From contig CAWIIB010000009.1 of the NCBI GenBank assembly GCA_963836075.1, positions 1,440,001 through 1,504,000 on the forward strand: a DNA stretch of 64,000 bases, written 5' to 3'. The notes beneath the pieces were generated by a model. The model made no database searches and was not told the DNA's origin. It saw only the letters and a list, made by a program, of their open reading frames with translations. Source of the DNA: an uncultured Acidobacteriota bacterium (GTDB taxonomy: Bacteria; Acidobacteriota; JAQAZP01). Below are positions 8,815 to 17,885 of the stretch, piece by piece. The position numbers were made by a program, and so were the translations under genes. The number at the start of each line of letters is the position of its first letter. The first letter of the stretch is position 1.

Positions 8815-10119
8815 ATGCAGGAAGAACCCCTGATGCCCGAGCCGGATACAGCGCAACCGCTGGTCACCGTGGTGGTGCTGAACTACAACGGCCGTGACCA
8901 CCTGGAGTATTGCCTCCCTTCGCTGCTGGAGCTGGAATTCCCCCGGGACCGGCTGGAACTTCTGGTGGTGGACAACGGTTCCACCGACGGGTCCGACGAG
9001 GTGGTGGCCCGGTTCGCCCCGCAGGTGGAACTGCTCTCCGCCGGGGGCAACATCGGTTTCAGCGCCGGCAACAACCTGGGCGCCCGGCAGGCCCGGGGCC
9101 GCTACGTGGCCTTTCTCAACAATGACACCCGGGTGTCACCCGGCTGGCTCGCCTCGCTCTGCCGGACCATGGACGGTGCCCCCAACGCGGCCGCCGTGGC
9201 GGGCAAACTGCTGTCCTGGGACGGGTCTCGCCTCGATTTCGGCAAGGGGATCATCACCTTTGACGGTCACGCCTTCCAGGAGGGCGCCGGACTGCCGCTG
9301 GACCGCGATCCCCACCACCAGGTGGCCGAGACCTTCATCCCCTGCGGCGGGAACATGCTGGTGCGCCGGGAACTGTTTCTGGAACTGGGCGGGTTTGACG
9401 AGGACTACTTCGCCTATCTCGAGGACGTGGACCTGGCCTGGCGCTTCTGGGCTTCGGGCCACCGGGTGCTCCTGGACCCCGGCGCGGTGGCCTACCATCG
9501 CTCGGAAGGGACTTCCGGCCGGATGGACCCCTTTGACCGCGGTTTTCTTTTCGAACGCAACGCGTTCATCACCGCGGTGAAGAACCTGGACCAGGAATAT
9601 TTCCCCCGGGTGTTTCCAGCGGTGCTGTTGACCTTGATCAACCGCACCATGTGTCTCGGCCCGCGACTGGCCGACCGGGAGGGCCTGCTGGGCCGCTATC
9701 CCTTCACCAGCGAGGGGTACACCGGGGATCTGGGGGCGGCCCGCACCAACAGCGGGCAGAAACCCGGACCGCGGAGGGGCGGGCGCCTGCGGGACATGGC
9801 GGCCCGGATCGGGCGCTGGCTGCTGCCGGAGCAGGAGGATCGCCGGTCGGCCCTGACCATGGACCACCCGCACAGCATCAGCCAGTTGCGGGCGGTGCAC
9901 TACGTCCTGGAAAATCTCGACGCGATCCTGGAGAAGCGCCGGTTGGTGCAGGCCAAACGGCGGGTGGCCGACCGCACGATTTTCGGCCGGTTCCCGCTGC
10001 ACCTGGTGCCCACCTACCCCGGCGATGCGGAGCTGTTCCAGACCCGATTTTTCCAATGGCTGCTGACCGTGGAGACGCAGTGGAAATCCCTCGAGGAGAT
10101 TCAGCACAGCGATGAGTGA
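8815..10119 (+). CDS. Glycosyltransferase family 2
   Basis: VVVLNYNG, VVDNGSTDGS, NIGFSAGNN, FLNNDT, GGFDEDYFAYLEDVDL. Confidence 0.92.
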   Translation: MQEEPLMPEPDTAQPLVTVVVLNYNGRDHLEYCLPSLLELEFPRDRLELLVVDNGSTDGSDEVVARFAPQVELLSAGGNIGFSAGNNLGARQARGRYVAFLNNDTRVSPGWLASLCRTMDGAPNAAAVAGKLLSWDGSRLDFGKGIITFDGHAFQEGAGLPLDRDPHHQVAETFIPCGGNMLVRRELFLELGGFDEDYFAYLEDVDLAWRFWASGHRVLLDPGAVAYHRSEGTSGRMDPFDRGFLFERNAFITAVKNLDQEYFPRVFPAVLLTLINRTMCLGPRLADREGLLGRYPFTSEGYTGDLGAARTNSGQKPGPRRGGRLRDMAARIGRWLLPEQEDRRSALTMDHPHSISQLRAVHYVLENLDAILEKRRLVQAKRRVADRTIFGRFPLHLVPTYPGDAELFQTRFFQWLLTVETQWKSLEEIQHSDE

Positions 10120-11086
10120 GCGCACCGCACTCGTGGAACTTTCGGTGGTCATCCCCACCTACAACCGGCTGGAGATTCTCCGTCGCGCCCTGCGGCTGCT
10201 GGCGGAGGAGGGGGAGGCCTTTGGCGCGCCCCACGAAGTGCTGCTGGTGGACGACGGCTCGACCGACGGCACCGCGGACTACCTGGCCGGCGATACCGTG
10301 CCGCGGGCCTCCACCGCACGGTTGCGGGTGATCAGCCAGGAGAATGCCGGTCCGGCCCGGGCCCGGAACCGCGGCGTGCAGGAAGCCGCCGGCGAACTGG
10401 TGCTCTTTCTCGGCGACGACATCCTGGTCACCCCGGGTCTGCTGGCCCTGCATGTGGAGGCTCACCGGTCCAGGAGCGGTTCCGGCGAGGTGGCGGTCCT
10501 CGGCCGCACCCTCTGGGCGCCGGAGATGCGTCCCAACGCTTTTCTCCGTTTTTTGATGGAGGGCGACCAGTTCGGTTTCAAGCACATCGAGGATCACGAA
10601 AACGTGCCCTATAATTTCTTTTACACCGCCAACGTCTCCCTGCGCCGCCAGGCGATGCTCGACGCCGGACTGTTCGACGAGAGCTTCCCCCACGCGGCCT
10701 GGGAGGATGTGGAACTCTGCTACCGGATGACCCGGGACGGGATGCGGCTGGTCTACGAACCACGGGCCCTGACCCACCACCTGCACCCCACCAGTCTCGC
10801 CTCCTTCTGCCGCCGCCGGGAACTGGTGGGGGTGGATGCGGTGCGGCTCTACCGCACACACCCGGAGACGGAAAAGATGCTCGCCTTCGACTGGCGACCC
10901 ACCGAGGACCCGGCACTCTGGAAACGGCGATCCGCGGAGTGGTTCGAGAGCACGTACGCCTGGCTGGAGCAGCGGCGGCTGGACCGCGGCCCGCTCTGGG
11001 CCTGGCGGTTTTTCTTCCGCCGCCTCTCCTGGTACCATTACTTCAAGGGCGTCCGGCAGGGGCTGGCTGAGGAGGATGGGCAGTGA
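10112..11086 (+). CDS. Glycosyltransferase family 2
   Basis: SVVIPTYNR, VDDGSTDGT, GPARARNRG, FLGDD, FDESF...WEDVEL. Confidence 0.92.
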   Translation: MSERTALVELSVVIPTYNRLEILRRALRLLAEEGEAFGAPHEVLLVDDGSTDGTADYLAGDTVPRASTARLRVISQENAGPARARNRGVQEAAGELVLFLGDDILVTPGLLALHVEAHRSRSGSGEVAVLGRTLWAPEMRPNAFLRFLMEGDQFGFKHIEDHENVPYNFFYTANVSLRRQAMLDAGLFDESFPHAAWEDVELCYRMTRDGMRLVYEPRALTHHLHPTSLASFCRRRELVGVDAVRLYRTHPETEKMLAFDWRPTEDPALWKRRSAEWFESTYAWLEQRRLDRGPLWAWRFFFRRLSWYHYFKGVRQGLAEEDGQ

Positions 11087-12162
11087 TGTTTTCGATTATC
11101 GTTTTCAATTACAACGGCGGCACCCGGCTGGAAAACTGCCTGGCTGCACTGAAGTCGCTCCGGGCCCCCGAGGGGGCGGAGCTGGAGCGGCTGCTGGTGG
11201 ACGTCGACTCGGGCAGCGGGTTGGCCGAACGGATGAAGGCCCAGGATCCCGGGTTACGGCTGCTCAGCATGCCGGTGCGCCTCGGCCTCACCGAGTCGCT
11301 GAACCAGGCGGCCCGCGCCTCCGCCGGGCAGTACCTGGCCATGGTCCACTTCCACCAGGTGCTGCACCCCTCGTGGCTCACCGCCTGTTTCCAGCCCCTG
11401 GAGTCGGCGGGGGCCGCAGGGACACCAGCCTGCACCTTTTCCCACAGCGCCACCGACCTGGCCAGCGGGCGGGTCTGGGAGGCGGGTGACACCAGCGGTC
11501 TGACCGAGGTGCTCCACCCGTCCCCGGGGGCCATGCTGGTCGAGCGGGAAGCTTTTGTCGAATGCGGTGAATTCGACGGTGATTACTATGTTGCCGAGGA
11601 GAACGTGGACCTCGGTTTCCGGCTCTGGCAGCAGGGCCGGACCGTGGTGCGGGTGAGCGGCGACCTGGCCCGGTCCTCCGGGCCGGGGGTTATCGGCCAT
11701 TACGGCAAGGCTGAACAGTCCTTCTTCCACACACGCAACCGTCTGTTCACCGTGATCAAGAACTACGAACTGGACTCCATCTACCGCATTCTCCCCACCC
11801 TGCTGGTGGAAATGTTCAGCGATGTCTGGAGCCGTGCCGGTCTGGACTGGGAGCGCTACCGCTTTGAGCGGGCCGCGAAGAAGTTCGCTGGTGACGAGGC
11901 GAAGATCACCCCCGAGGCCGCGGCGGGACTGCTGGCTCTGGACGACCTGCTGGGCCGTTTCGACCGTCTGCGCTCCACCCGGCGGGCCGTCCAGGCGGCG
12001 CGCCGGCTTTCCGACGCCGAGATCTTTTCCCGGGTGCCCCACCCCTACGACACCCACCGGCCGTCGGAAGCCGGACCGGCGGAGTCCTCGCTCATCGAGC
12101 GCTTTCGCCTCCTGATGGAGGCGCTGGCCGAGGAGGATGGCGGAGGCGCAGCGCGGTCATGA
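11083..12162 (+). CDS. GT2-fold protein with degenerate catalytic motifs
   Basis: SIIVFNYNG, FDGDYY, VDLGFRL and RNRLF keep the GT2 scaffold, but the NND position reads HFH and EDVD reads ENVD. Confidence 0.7.
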   Translation: MMFSIIVFNYNGGTRLENCLAALKSLRAPEGAELERLLVDVDSGSGLAERMKAQDPGLRLLSMPVRLGLTESLNQAARASAGQYLAMVHFHQVLHPSWLTACFQPLESAGAAGTPACTFSHSATDLASGRVWEAGDTSGLTEVLHPSPGAMLVEREAFVECGEFDGDYYVAEENVDLGFRLWQQGRTVVRVSGDLARSSGPGVIGHYGKAEQSFFHTRNRLFTVIKNYELDSIYRILPTLLVEMFSDVWSRAGLDWERYRFERAAKKFAGDEAKITPEAAAGLLALDDLLGRFDRLRSTRRAVQAARRLSDAEIFSRVPHPYDTHRPSEAGPAESSLIERFRLLMEALAEEDGGGAARS

Positions 12163-14099
12163 TTCCAGGTGTTATCCAGTTCCGGGTTTCCACTGCCGCC
12201 TGTCTGCTGGCCGCCCTGCTGGTCCAGGGCTGCGGCGGCCGGGGAGTGCAGCCGGTGGAACTGGTGATCGACCGGCCGCTGGTGCTGCTGGCCGGCCATT
12301 TCCAGCCGCCGGCCACCCCGGAGGGGGAGGACCCACCTCCGGAGCGGCTGACCATCGACGGTGAGTGGCGCGAGGTGGTTCACGCCCACCCGCCATCGGT
12401 CCACCGCTTCCGGATGGTTCCCGGGCCCCAGACGCGCCTGCTCTTCGGCGCTGCGGTGAACCCCGCCGCCTGGCCATTGCTCCGCGGCGACGGTGTCCGC
12501 TTCTCCGTCTCCGTCACCGGGGGCAGCCATCCGGCGGACCCGGCATGGGAGCGGCTGGTGAACCCGCGGGGTAACCCGGAGGACCGGCACTGGTTCGACG
12601 GTGACCTGGACCTCTCGGCCTGGGCCGGTGAGCCGGTGACCGTGGAACTGCGTACCGCGGCGGGGCCGGAAGGGGACGAGGAGTTCGACTGGGCGGTCTG
12701 GAGCGACCCACGCCTGGTCTCCGGGCCGGAGGCCCGTGAGACCCACCCGGAAAACCTGGTCCTGATCACCGCCGACACCCTGCGCGCCGACCACCTCGGC
12801 TGCTATGGCGCTGACCTGCCGCGCACACCGCACCTCGACCGGCTGGCCCGGAGCGGGGCCCAGTTCACCCGCGCCTGGAGCCAGTTCAACACCACCACCG
12901 CCTCCCACTGCTCGATCATGACCTCGCTCTACGGGCCCTCCCACGGAGTGGTGGACAACCTGATGACCCTGCACCAGAGCCGCCTGACCCTGGCCGAGCT
13001 GCTCACCGCCGAGGGCTATTACTGCGGGGCGGTGACCAGCGTGGCCCACCTCGACCCCGCACTGTCGGGCCTGGGGCAGGGGTTCCGTTCCTTCAATGCC
13101 GTGGAGCATGAACGTCTGGCTGAAGACGCGGTGACCACGGCCGCGGCCTGGCTGGACCGCAACGGGAGCAGCCCCTTCTTTCTCTGGCTGCACCTGTTTG
13201 ATCCGCACATCTTTTATGACCCGGGGAGTGAATACCTCCCCCGGCGCGCGGCGGTGGACTGCGGGAACTGGCCGGAGATCATCCGCCGGCAGGAGGAGAT
13301 GCGGGCCGCCGAACTGGCTGCCGGCGGCAGGCTCCGGGCCTACCAGTGGGACGGCCCCTTCTTCATGAACGATGCGATGCGGGCGGAACTGCTGCAGGAG
13401 CAGCGACGTGACCTTCCGGGGCGGGCCTATGCCGGGGAAGTGGCCTATCTCGATTTCTGCATCGGCCGGTTGATGGCACTGCTGGGGACGCTGGGTCTCG
13501 AGGAGAGTACGGCGGTGGTCTTCGTGGCCGACCACGGTGAGAGCCTCGGCGAACACGAGATTTACTTCGACCACCGTGGGTTGTACGATGTGAGCCTTCA
13601 GGTTCCCCTGCTGATGCGGTTGCCCCGCATCGCGGGCCGGGACCTGGTGGAATCTAATCTGGTGGAGACGGTGGACATTCTCCCCACCTGCTGTCAGGCC
13701 CTGGGGTTGGCAGCGCCGGAGGGTGTCCAGGGCCAGAGCCTGCTGCCCCTGCTGGAAGGTGGAGCGCCAGGCGGTCTGCGTGGAGCGGTGTTCGCCCAGC
13801 ACGCCGACAGCCTGGCCTACACCGTCTCCGACGGAACCTGGAAGCTGATCGCCATGGAGAGCGACCAGCCGATGATCACCGCCAGCGGCGGCGACGAGCT
13901 GTACAACCTGGCCGAGGACCCCGGGGAGACGCGCAACCTCCTGCGCGAAAACCCCGAGGAAATGGTGCGCCTGGCGCAGATGCTCCAGCGCTGGCTGACC
14001 CTCACCGTCCGGGACGACCTGCCCGACAGGCCGGCGCTCCCGGCGGAGGAGATGGCCAGGCGAGAGGAAAAGCTGAAAGCGCTCGGCTACCTCCAGTGA
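12159..14099 (+). CDS. Sulfatase-fold (alkaline phosphatase superfamily) lipoprotein, Thr-type, paralog 1
   Basis: Lipobox LVQGC; ADTLRADHLG; NTTTASHCSIMTS; HLFDPH; ADHGES; ends KLKALGYLQ. Confidence 0.85.
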   Translation: MIPGVIQFRVSTAACLLAALLVQGCGGRGVQPVELVIDRPLVLLAGHFQPPATPEGEDPPPERLTIDGEWREVVHAHPPSVHRFRMVPGPQTRLLFGAAVNPAAWPLLRGDGVRFSVSVTGGSHPADPAWERLVNPRGNPEDRHWFDGDLDLSAWAGEPVTVELRTAAGPEGDEEFDWAVWSDPRLVSGPEARETHPENLVLITADTLRADHLGCYGADLPRTPHLDRLARSGAQFTRAWSQFNTTTASHCSIMTSLYGPSHGVVDNLMTLHQSRLTLAELLTAEGYYCGAVTSVAHLDPALSGLGQGFRSFNAVEHERLAEDAVTTAAAWLDRNGSSPFFLWLHLFDPHIFYDPGSEYLPRRAAVDCGNWPEIIRRQEEMRAAELAAGGRLRAYQWDGPFFMNDAMRAELLQEQRRDLPGRAYAGEVAYLDFCIGRLMALLGTLGLEESTAVVFVADHGESLGEHEIYFDHRGLYDVSLQVPLLMRLPRIAGRDLVESNLVETVDILPTCCQALGLAAPEGVQGQSLLPLLEGGAPGGLRGAVFAQHADSLAYTVSDGTWKLIAMESDQPMITASGGDELYNLAEDPGETRNLLRENPEEMVRLAQMLQRWLTLTVRDDLPDRPALPAEEMARREEKLKALGYLQ

Positions 14100-14116
14100 G
14101 CGCGGATGCCTGAGAA

Positions 14117-17100
14117 ATGAAGAACGGACCGACAGCTGAACAGAACGGGAACGGATCGGGCTCGATGCCCGGCCGCGACGGGCGGGAGCACGTGGCCTGC
14201 AACCTCTGCGGGGCGGACCTGCCCGAAATCCTCTTCGAGAAGCAGGGCTACCCCATTGTCCGCTGCACCCGCTGCGGGCTGGTCTACGTCAACCCGCGGC
14301 CGGCCAAGGAGGAACTCTTCTCCCGCTATTCGGACGAGTATTTCGAGAAGGAATACATCCCCTCCATGGAGTCGGTGCTCCACGAACTGCTGGGCTATCA
14401 TGATCCGATCCTGAGCCGGATCAAGGAGTTCAAAAAGAACGGCCGCCTTTTCGACGTGGGGTGCGGGCCGGCCTTTTTCCTTCACCGGGCCATCGACTTC
14501 GGCTGGGAGGTGGGTGGATGCGACATCTCGAGCTTTGCCCAGCGGTACGCCCGGGAGCAATTCGGTATCGATATCCACTGCGGCGAAATTTCCAGCCTCG
14601 ACCTGCCGGCGGAACATTTCGACGCGGTGACCTACCTCGATGTGGTGGAGCACCTGCGAGACCCCAAGGCCGACCTGGCGGTCGGCTACCGGATGGTGCG
14701 CGAGGGCGGAGTGATGGTGGTTTCCTCGCCAAACGTGGACGGCCCATCGTTTCAGAATCTCGGCCCGCGATGGGATGTCATCGGGCCCGAAGAGCACATC
14801 TACTACTTCGGCCCGGAGACCATCACCCGGATGATGATGGATGTGGGGTTCAGCGACGTGGACGTGGACACCGACCGCGACATCTTCATCCTCTACGGCT
14901 GGAAGAAGGAGGGCCGGACCCGCGGGGTGCGGGTGCTTCCCGAGCAGGGGCTGCCCGCGGTATCGGTGATCGTGCTCAACTGGAACGGCAGGGAGCACCT
15001 GCGGGAGTGCCTCCGTTCTCTGGAGGCTCTGGACTATCCCGGGGAGAAGCTGGAGATCCTGGTGCTGGACAACGGCTCCACCGATGGTTCGGTGGAGTAT
15101 ATCCGCAAGACCCATCCCGGCGTGCGCCTGCTGGAGAACCGGGAGAACCTCGGGTTTGCCGGACCGAACAACCGCGCCGCCGCCGAAGCCCGGGGCCGCT
15201 GTCTCGCTTTCCTGAACAACGACATGCGGGTCCGCGAGGACTGGCTCCGGCGGCTGGTGGAGCAGCTGGACCCGCAGCGCCAGGTTTCCTGCGTGGCCTC
15301 CCGGGTCCTCTCCTGGGACGGTACGAGTATCGACTTTGTCGATGCCGGCATCAGTTTCGAGGGCAAGGGGTTCCAGGAGCATTTCCAGAGCAAGGAGCTC
15401 TACCGCCACCAGGAAGTCAAGGAGGTGGTCTTCCCCAACGGCGGCGCCTTCCTGGTCACCAGGGAGGCCTTCGAGGAGGCCGGCGGGTTCGACGAGGACT
15501 ACTTCGCCTACTACGAGGACGTGGACCTCGGCTGGCGCCTGCGGCTGCAGGGCCAGCGGGTGGTGGTGGCCCCCGACGCGGTGGCCTACCACCGGCACGG
15601 CGCCTCCTCGGCGTCACTGCCCGCCGAGGTCAAGCAGTTCCACCTCGAGCGCAACGCCCTCTACTCGGTGCTCAAGAACTACAGCGCCGGATCGCTGCGG
15701 CGTCTGCTGGCCCCGGTGCTGATGCTGCAGGCCAAGCGGGCGATGAACATGTCCGGGCTCACCTTCCACCAGCTGCTCAAGCGGGAGGATACCTGGTTCA
15801 ACCGCCCGGATTTCATGCGCGCCGCCAAGAAGAGCCGGTTGGCGGCCTTTCCCCTGGCCGCCATGAGTGAGGTGTTCCAGCGCCTGGACCGGGTGCTGGA
15901 GCGCCGGGAGGAGGTCCAGGCCGGGCGCCGGGTCACCGACGACAAGGTGCTCTCCACCTTCGGTTCAGAACTGCGGCCGGCCTGCCCGGTGCCGATGCAG
16001 GAGGAATACAACCGCACCCAGGCCCGGCTGCTGCAGTTCATGGACGCTCACACCTGCTTCCTGCCCGCGGGCAAGCGGAGCCGGATTCTCGTCGTGACCC
16101 ACGAGACCCTGGGCACCGACCTGGCCGGTCCGGCGATCCGTGCGGTGGAAATGGGACGGGCGCTCTCCCGCGAGTTCGAGGTAGTGCTGGCCACCCCGCG
16201 GCGGATATTCAACACCGGTGAGCTGCCCTTCCGGGTGGCCACCTACCACATCGGTGACGAACAGTCGCTGCGCACGCTCTGCGAGCTGGTGGACGTGATC
16301 CTGATCCAGGGCTTCACCCTGCAGCGCTTCCCCTTTCTGCACTCCATCGACAAGCCGCTGGTGGTGGACCTCTTCTGTCCCTTCAGCCTGGAAAATCTCG
16401 AGTACCGGGAAACCACGTCCAGCGACGAAGACTTGAAATACGGCCAGTACTCCAATGACCTCGCCGTGGTCAACGAGCAACTGGGGGCGGCCGATTTCTT
16501 CATCTGCGCCACGGAGAAGCAGCGCGATTTCTGGCTGGGCATGCTCCACGCCCTGAACCGCATCACCCCGGCCAACTACCGCAACGACAAGAGCCTCTAC
16601 AACCTGCTCTCCGTGGTCCCCTTCGGCCTGCCCAACCACCCGCCGGTGAAGAGCCGGCCGGCAATCAAGGGGGTGGTCCCCGGCATCGGAACCGGGGACA
16701 AGGTGCTGCTCTGGGGCGGCAGCCTGCTCAACTGGCAGGACCCGCTGACCCTGATCAAGGCCATGGGCCACATCGCCGCCCGGCGGGAGGATCTCAAGCT
16801 CTTTTTCATGGGGGTGCGGCACCCCAATCCCGAAGTGCCGCCGATGACCATCGTCAAGGAGTCGCGGAAGCTGGCCGACCGCCTGGGGCTCACCGACCGG
16901 ACGGTCTTTTTCAACGACTGGGTGCCCTACGGGGAGCGGGCCGACTACCTGCTGGAGTCGGACCTCGGCGTCTGCACCCACCGGGGTCACCTGGAGACCC
17001 GATTCTCCTTCCGCACCCGGCTGCTGGACTGTGTCTGGTCCGGCGTGCCGATGGTGGTCACCGAGGGGGATACCTTCGCCGACCTGGTCAGTTCCCGCGG

Positions 17101-17869
17101 ACTGGGGCTCACCGTGCCCCAGGGAGACCCCCAGGCCCTGGCCGACGCGCTGCTGGCGGCGGTGGAGGACCAGGCTCTGCGGCAGCGCTGGAAAGACAAC
17201 CTGGCCGCCTTTGCCCCGGAACTCTCCTGGGACCGGGTGGTGGAGCCGCTGGCCCAGTTCTGCCGCCGCCCGGTGTTTGCCCGGGACAAGTCGGAGTGGC
17301 CGGCCGAGGTCCAGACCACCCTGCGCCGGAGCATCGGCAGCGGCATGGAGTTGAACCTGAGCATCGCACCGGAGCGGATGGAACGGTTGAAAAAGGGTAC
17401 GCTGGGCTCGCTGATCCGGCGGGGCCTGGCCATCGGCGGAAAACTGACCAGTCGTCGCCGTTCGCCGGTGGCCGGCGAGATCAGGGGCCGCCGAAAAGTG
17501 GCCCAGGCATTCATCGCCGAGCGGGACAACCTGAAGGGGATCAATGTCAACATGGCCACCTTCGCCCGCATCAACAACCATGATGTGATCTTCAGGCTTT
17601 TTGCCGGGCAGGAGGGCGAGGAGATCGCCACCATCATCATCAACGCTTCGCGCATTCTGGACAACCGGTTCCACCCCTTCCACTTCGACCCGATTCTCGA
17701 CTCGCGGGGGCACCTCTTCCGTTTCACCCTCGAGTCGCCGGAATCGTCACCTGGTGACGCGGTCACCGCCTGGATCGACTACGCCGCGCCATCGGGCAAG
17801 GAGGAGGTGCTGCGGATCAACGGCCGCCGGCGTCCCGGCAGGCTCAGCTTCAAGGCCTACTACGCCTGA
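14117..17869 (+). CDS. Multidomain glycan synthase: SAM methyltransferase + GT2 + GT4-like + C-terminal beta domain
   Basis: CNLC/CTRC, FDVGCG, DVVEHLRDP (MTase); VLNWNG, DNGSTDGS, FLNND, YYEDVDL (GT2); AGPAIR, LLWGGS, SFRTRLLD (GT-B). Confidence 0.9.
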   Translation: MKNGPTAEQNGNGSGSMPGRDGREHVACNLCGADLPEILFEKQGYPIVRCTRCGLVYVNPRPAKEELFSRYSDEYFEKEYIPSMESVLHELLGYHDPILSRIKEFKKNGRLFDVGCGPAFFLHRAIDFGWEVGGCDISSFAQRYAREQFGIDIHCGEISSLDLPAEHFDAVTYLDVVEHLRDPKADLAVGYRMVREGGVMVVSSPNVDGPSFQNLGPRWDVIGPEEHIYYFGPETITRMMMDVGFSDVDVDTDRDIFILYGWKKEGRTRGVRVLPEQGLPAVSVIVLNWNGREHLRECLRSLEALDYPGEKLEILVLDNGSTDGSVEYIRKTHPGVRLLENRENLGFAGPNNRAAAEARGRCLAFLNNDMRVREDWLRRLVEQLDPQRQVSCVASRVLSWDGTSIDFVDAGISFEGKGFQEHFQSKELYRHQEVKEVVFPNGGAFLVTREAFEEAGGFDEDYFAYYEDVDLGWRLRLQGQRVVVAPDAVAYHRHGASSASLPAEVKQFHLERNALYSVLKNYSAGSLRRLLAPVLMLQAKRAMNMSGLTFHQLLKREDTWFNRPDFMRAAKKSRLAAFPLAAMSEVFQRLDRVLERREEVQAGRRVTDDKVLSTFGSELRPACPVPMQEEYNRTQARLLQFMDAHTCFLPAGKRSRILVVTHETLGTDLAGPAIRAVEMGRALSREFEVVLATPRRIFNTGELPFRVATYHIGDEQSLRTLCELVDVILIQGFTLQRFPFLHSIDKPLVVDLFCPFSLENLEYRETTSSDEDLKYGQYSNDLAVVNEQLGAADFFICATEKQRDFWLGMLHALNRITPANYRNDKSLYNLLSVVPFGLPNHPPVKSRPAIKGVVPGIGTGDKVLLWGGSLLNWQDPLTLIKAMGHIAARREDLKLFFMGVRHPNPEVPPMTIVKESRKLADRLGLTDRTVFFNDWVPYGERADYLLESDLGVCTHRGHLETRFSFRTRLLDCVWSGVPMVVTEGDTFADLVSSRGLGLTVPQGDPQALADALLAAVEDQALRQRWKDNLAAFAPELSWDRVVEPLAQFCRRPVFARDKSEWPAEVQTTLRRSIGSGMELNLSIAPERMERLKKGTLGSLIRRGLAIGGKLTSRRRSPVAGEIRGRRKVAQAFIAERDNLKGINVNMATFARINNHDVIFRLFAGQEGEEIATIIINASRILDNRFHPFHFDPILDSRGHLFRFTLESPESSPGDAVTAWIDYAAPSGKEEVLRINGRRRPGRLSFKAYYA

Positions 17870-17885
17870 TGGAGGATGACCACCG

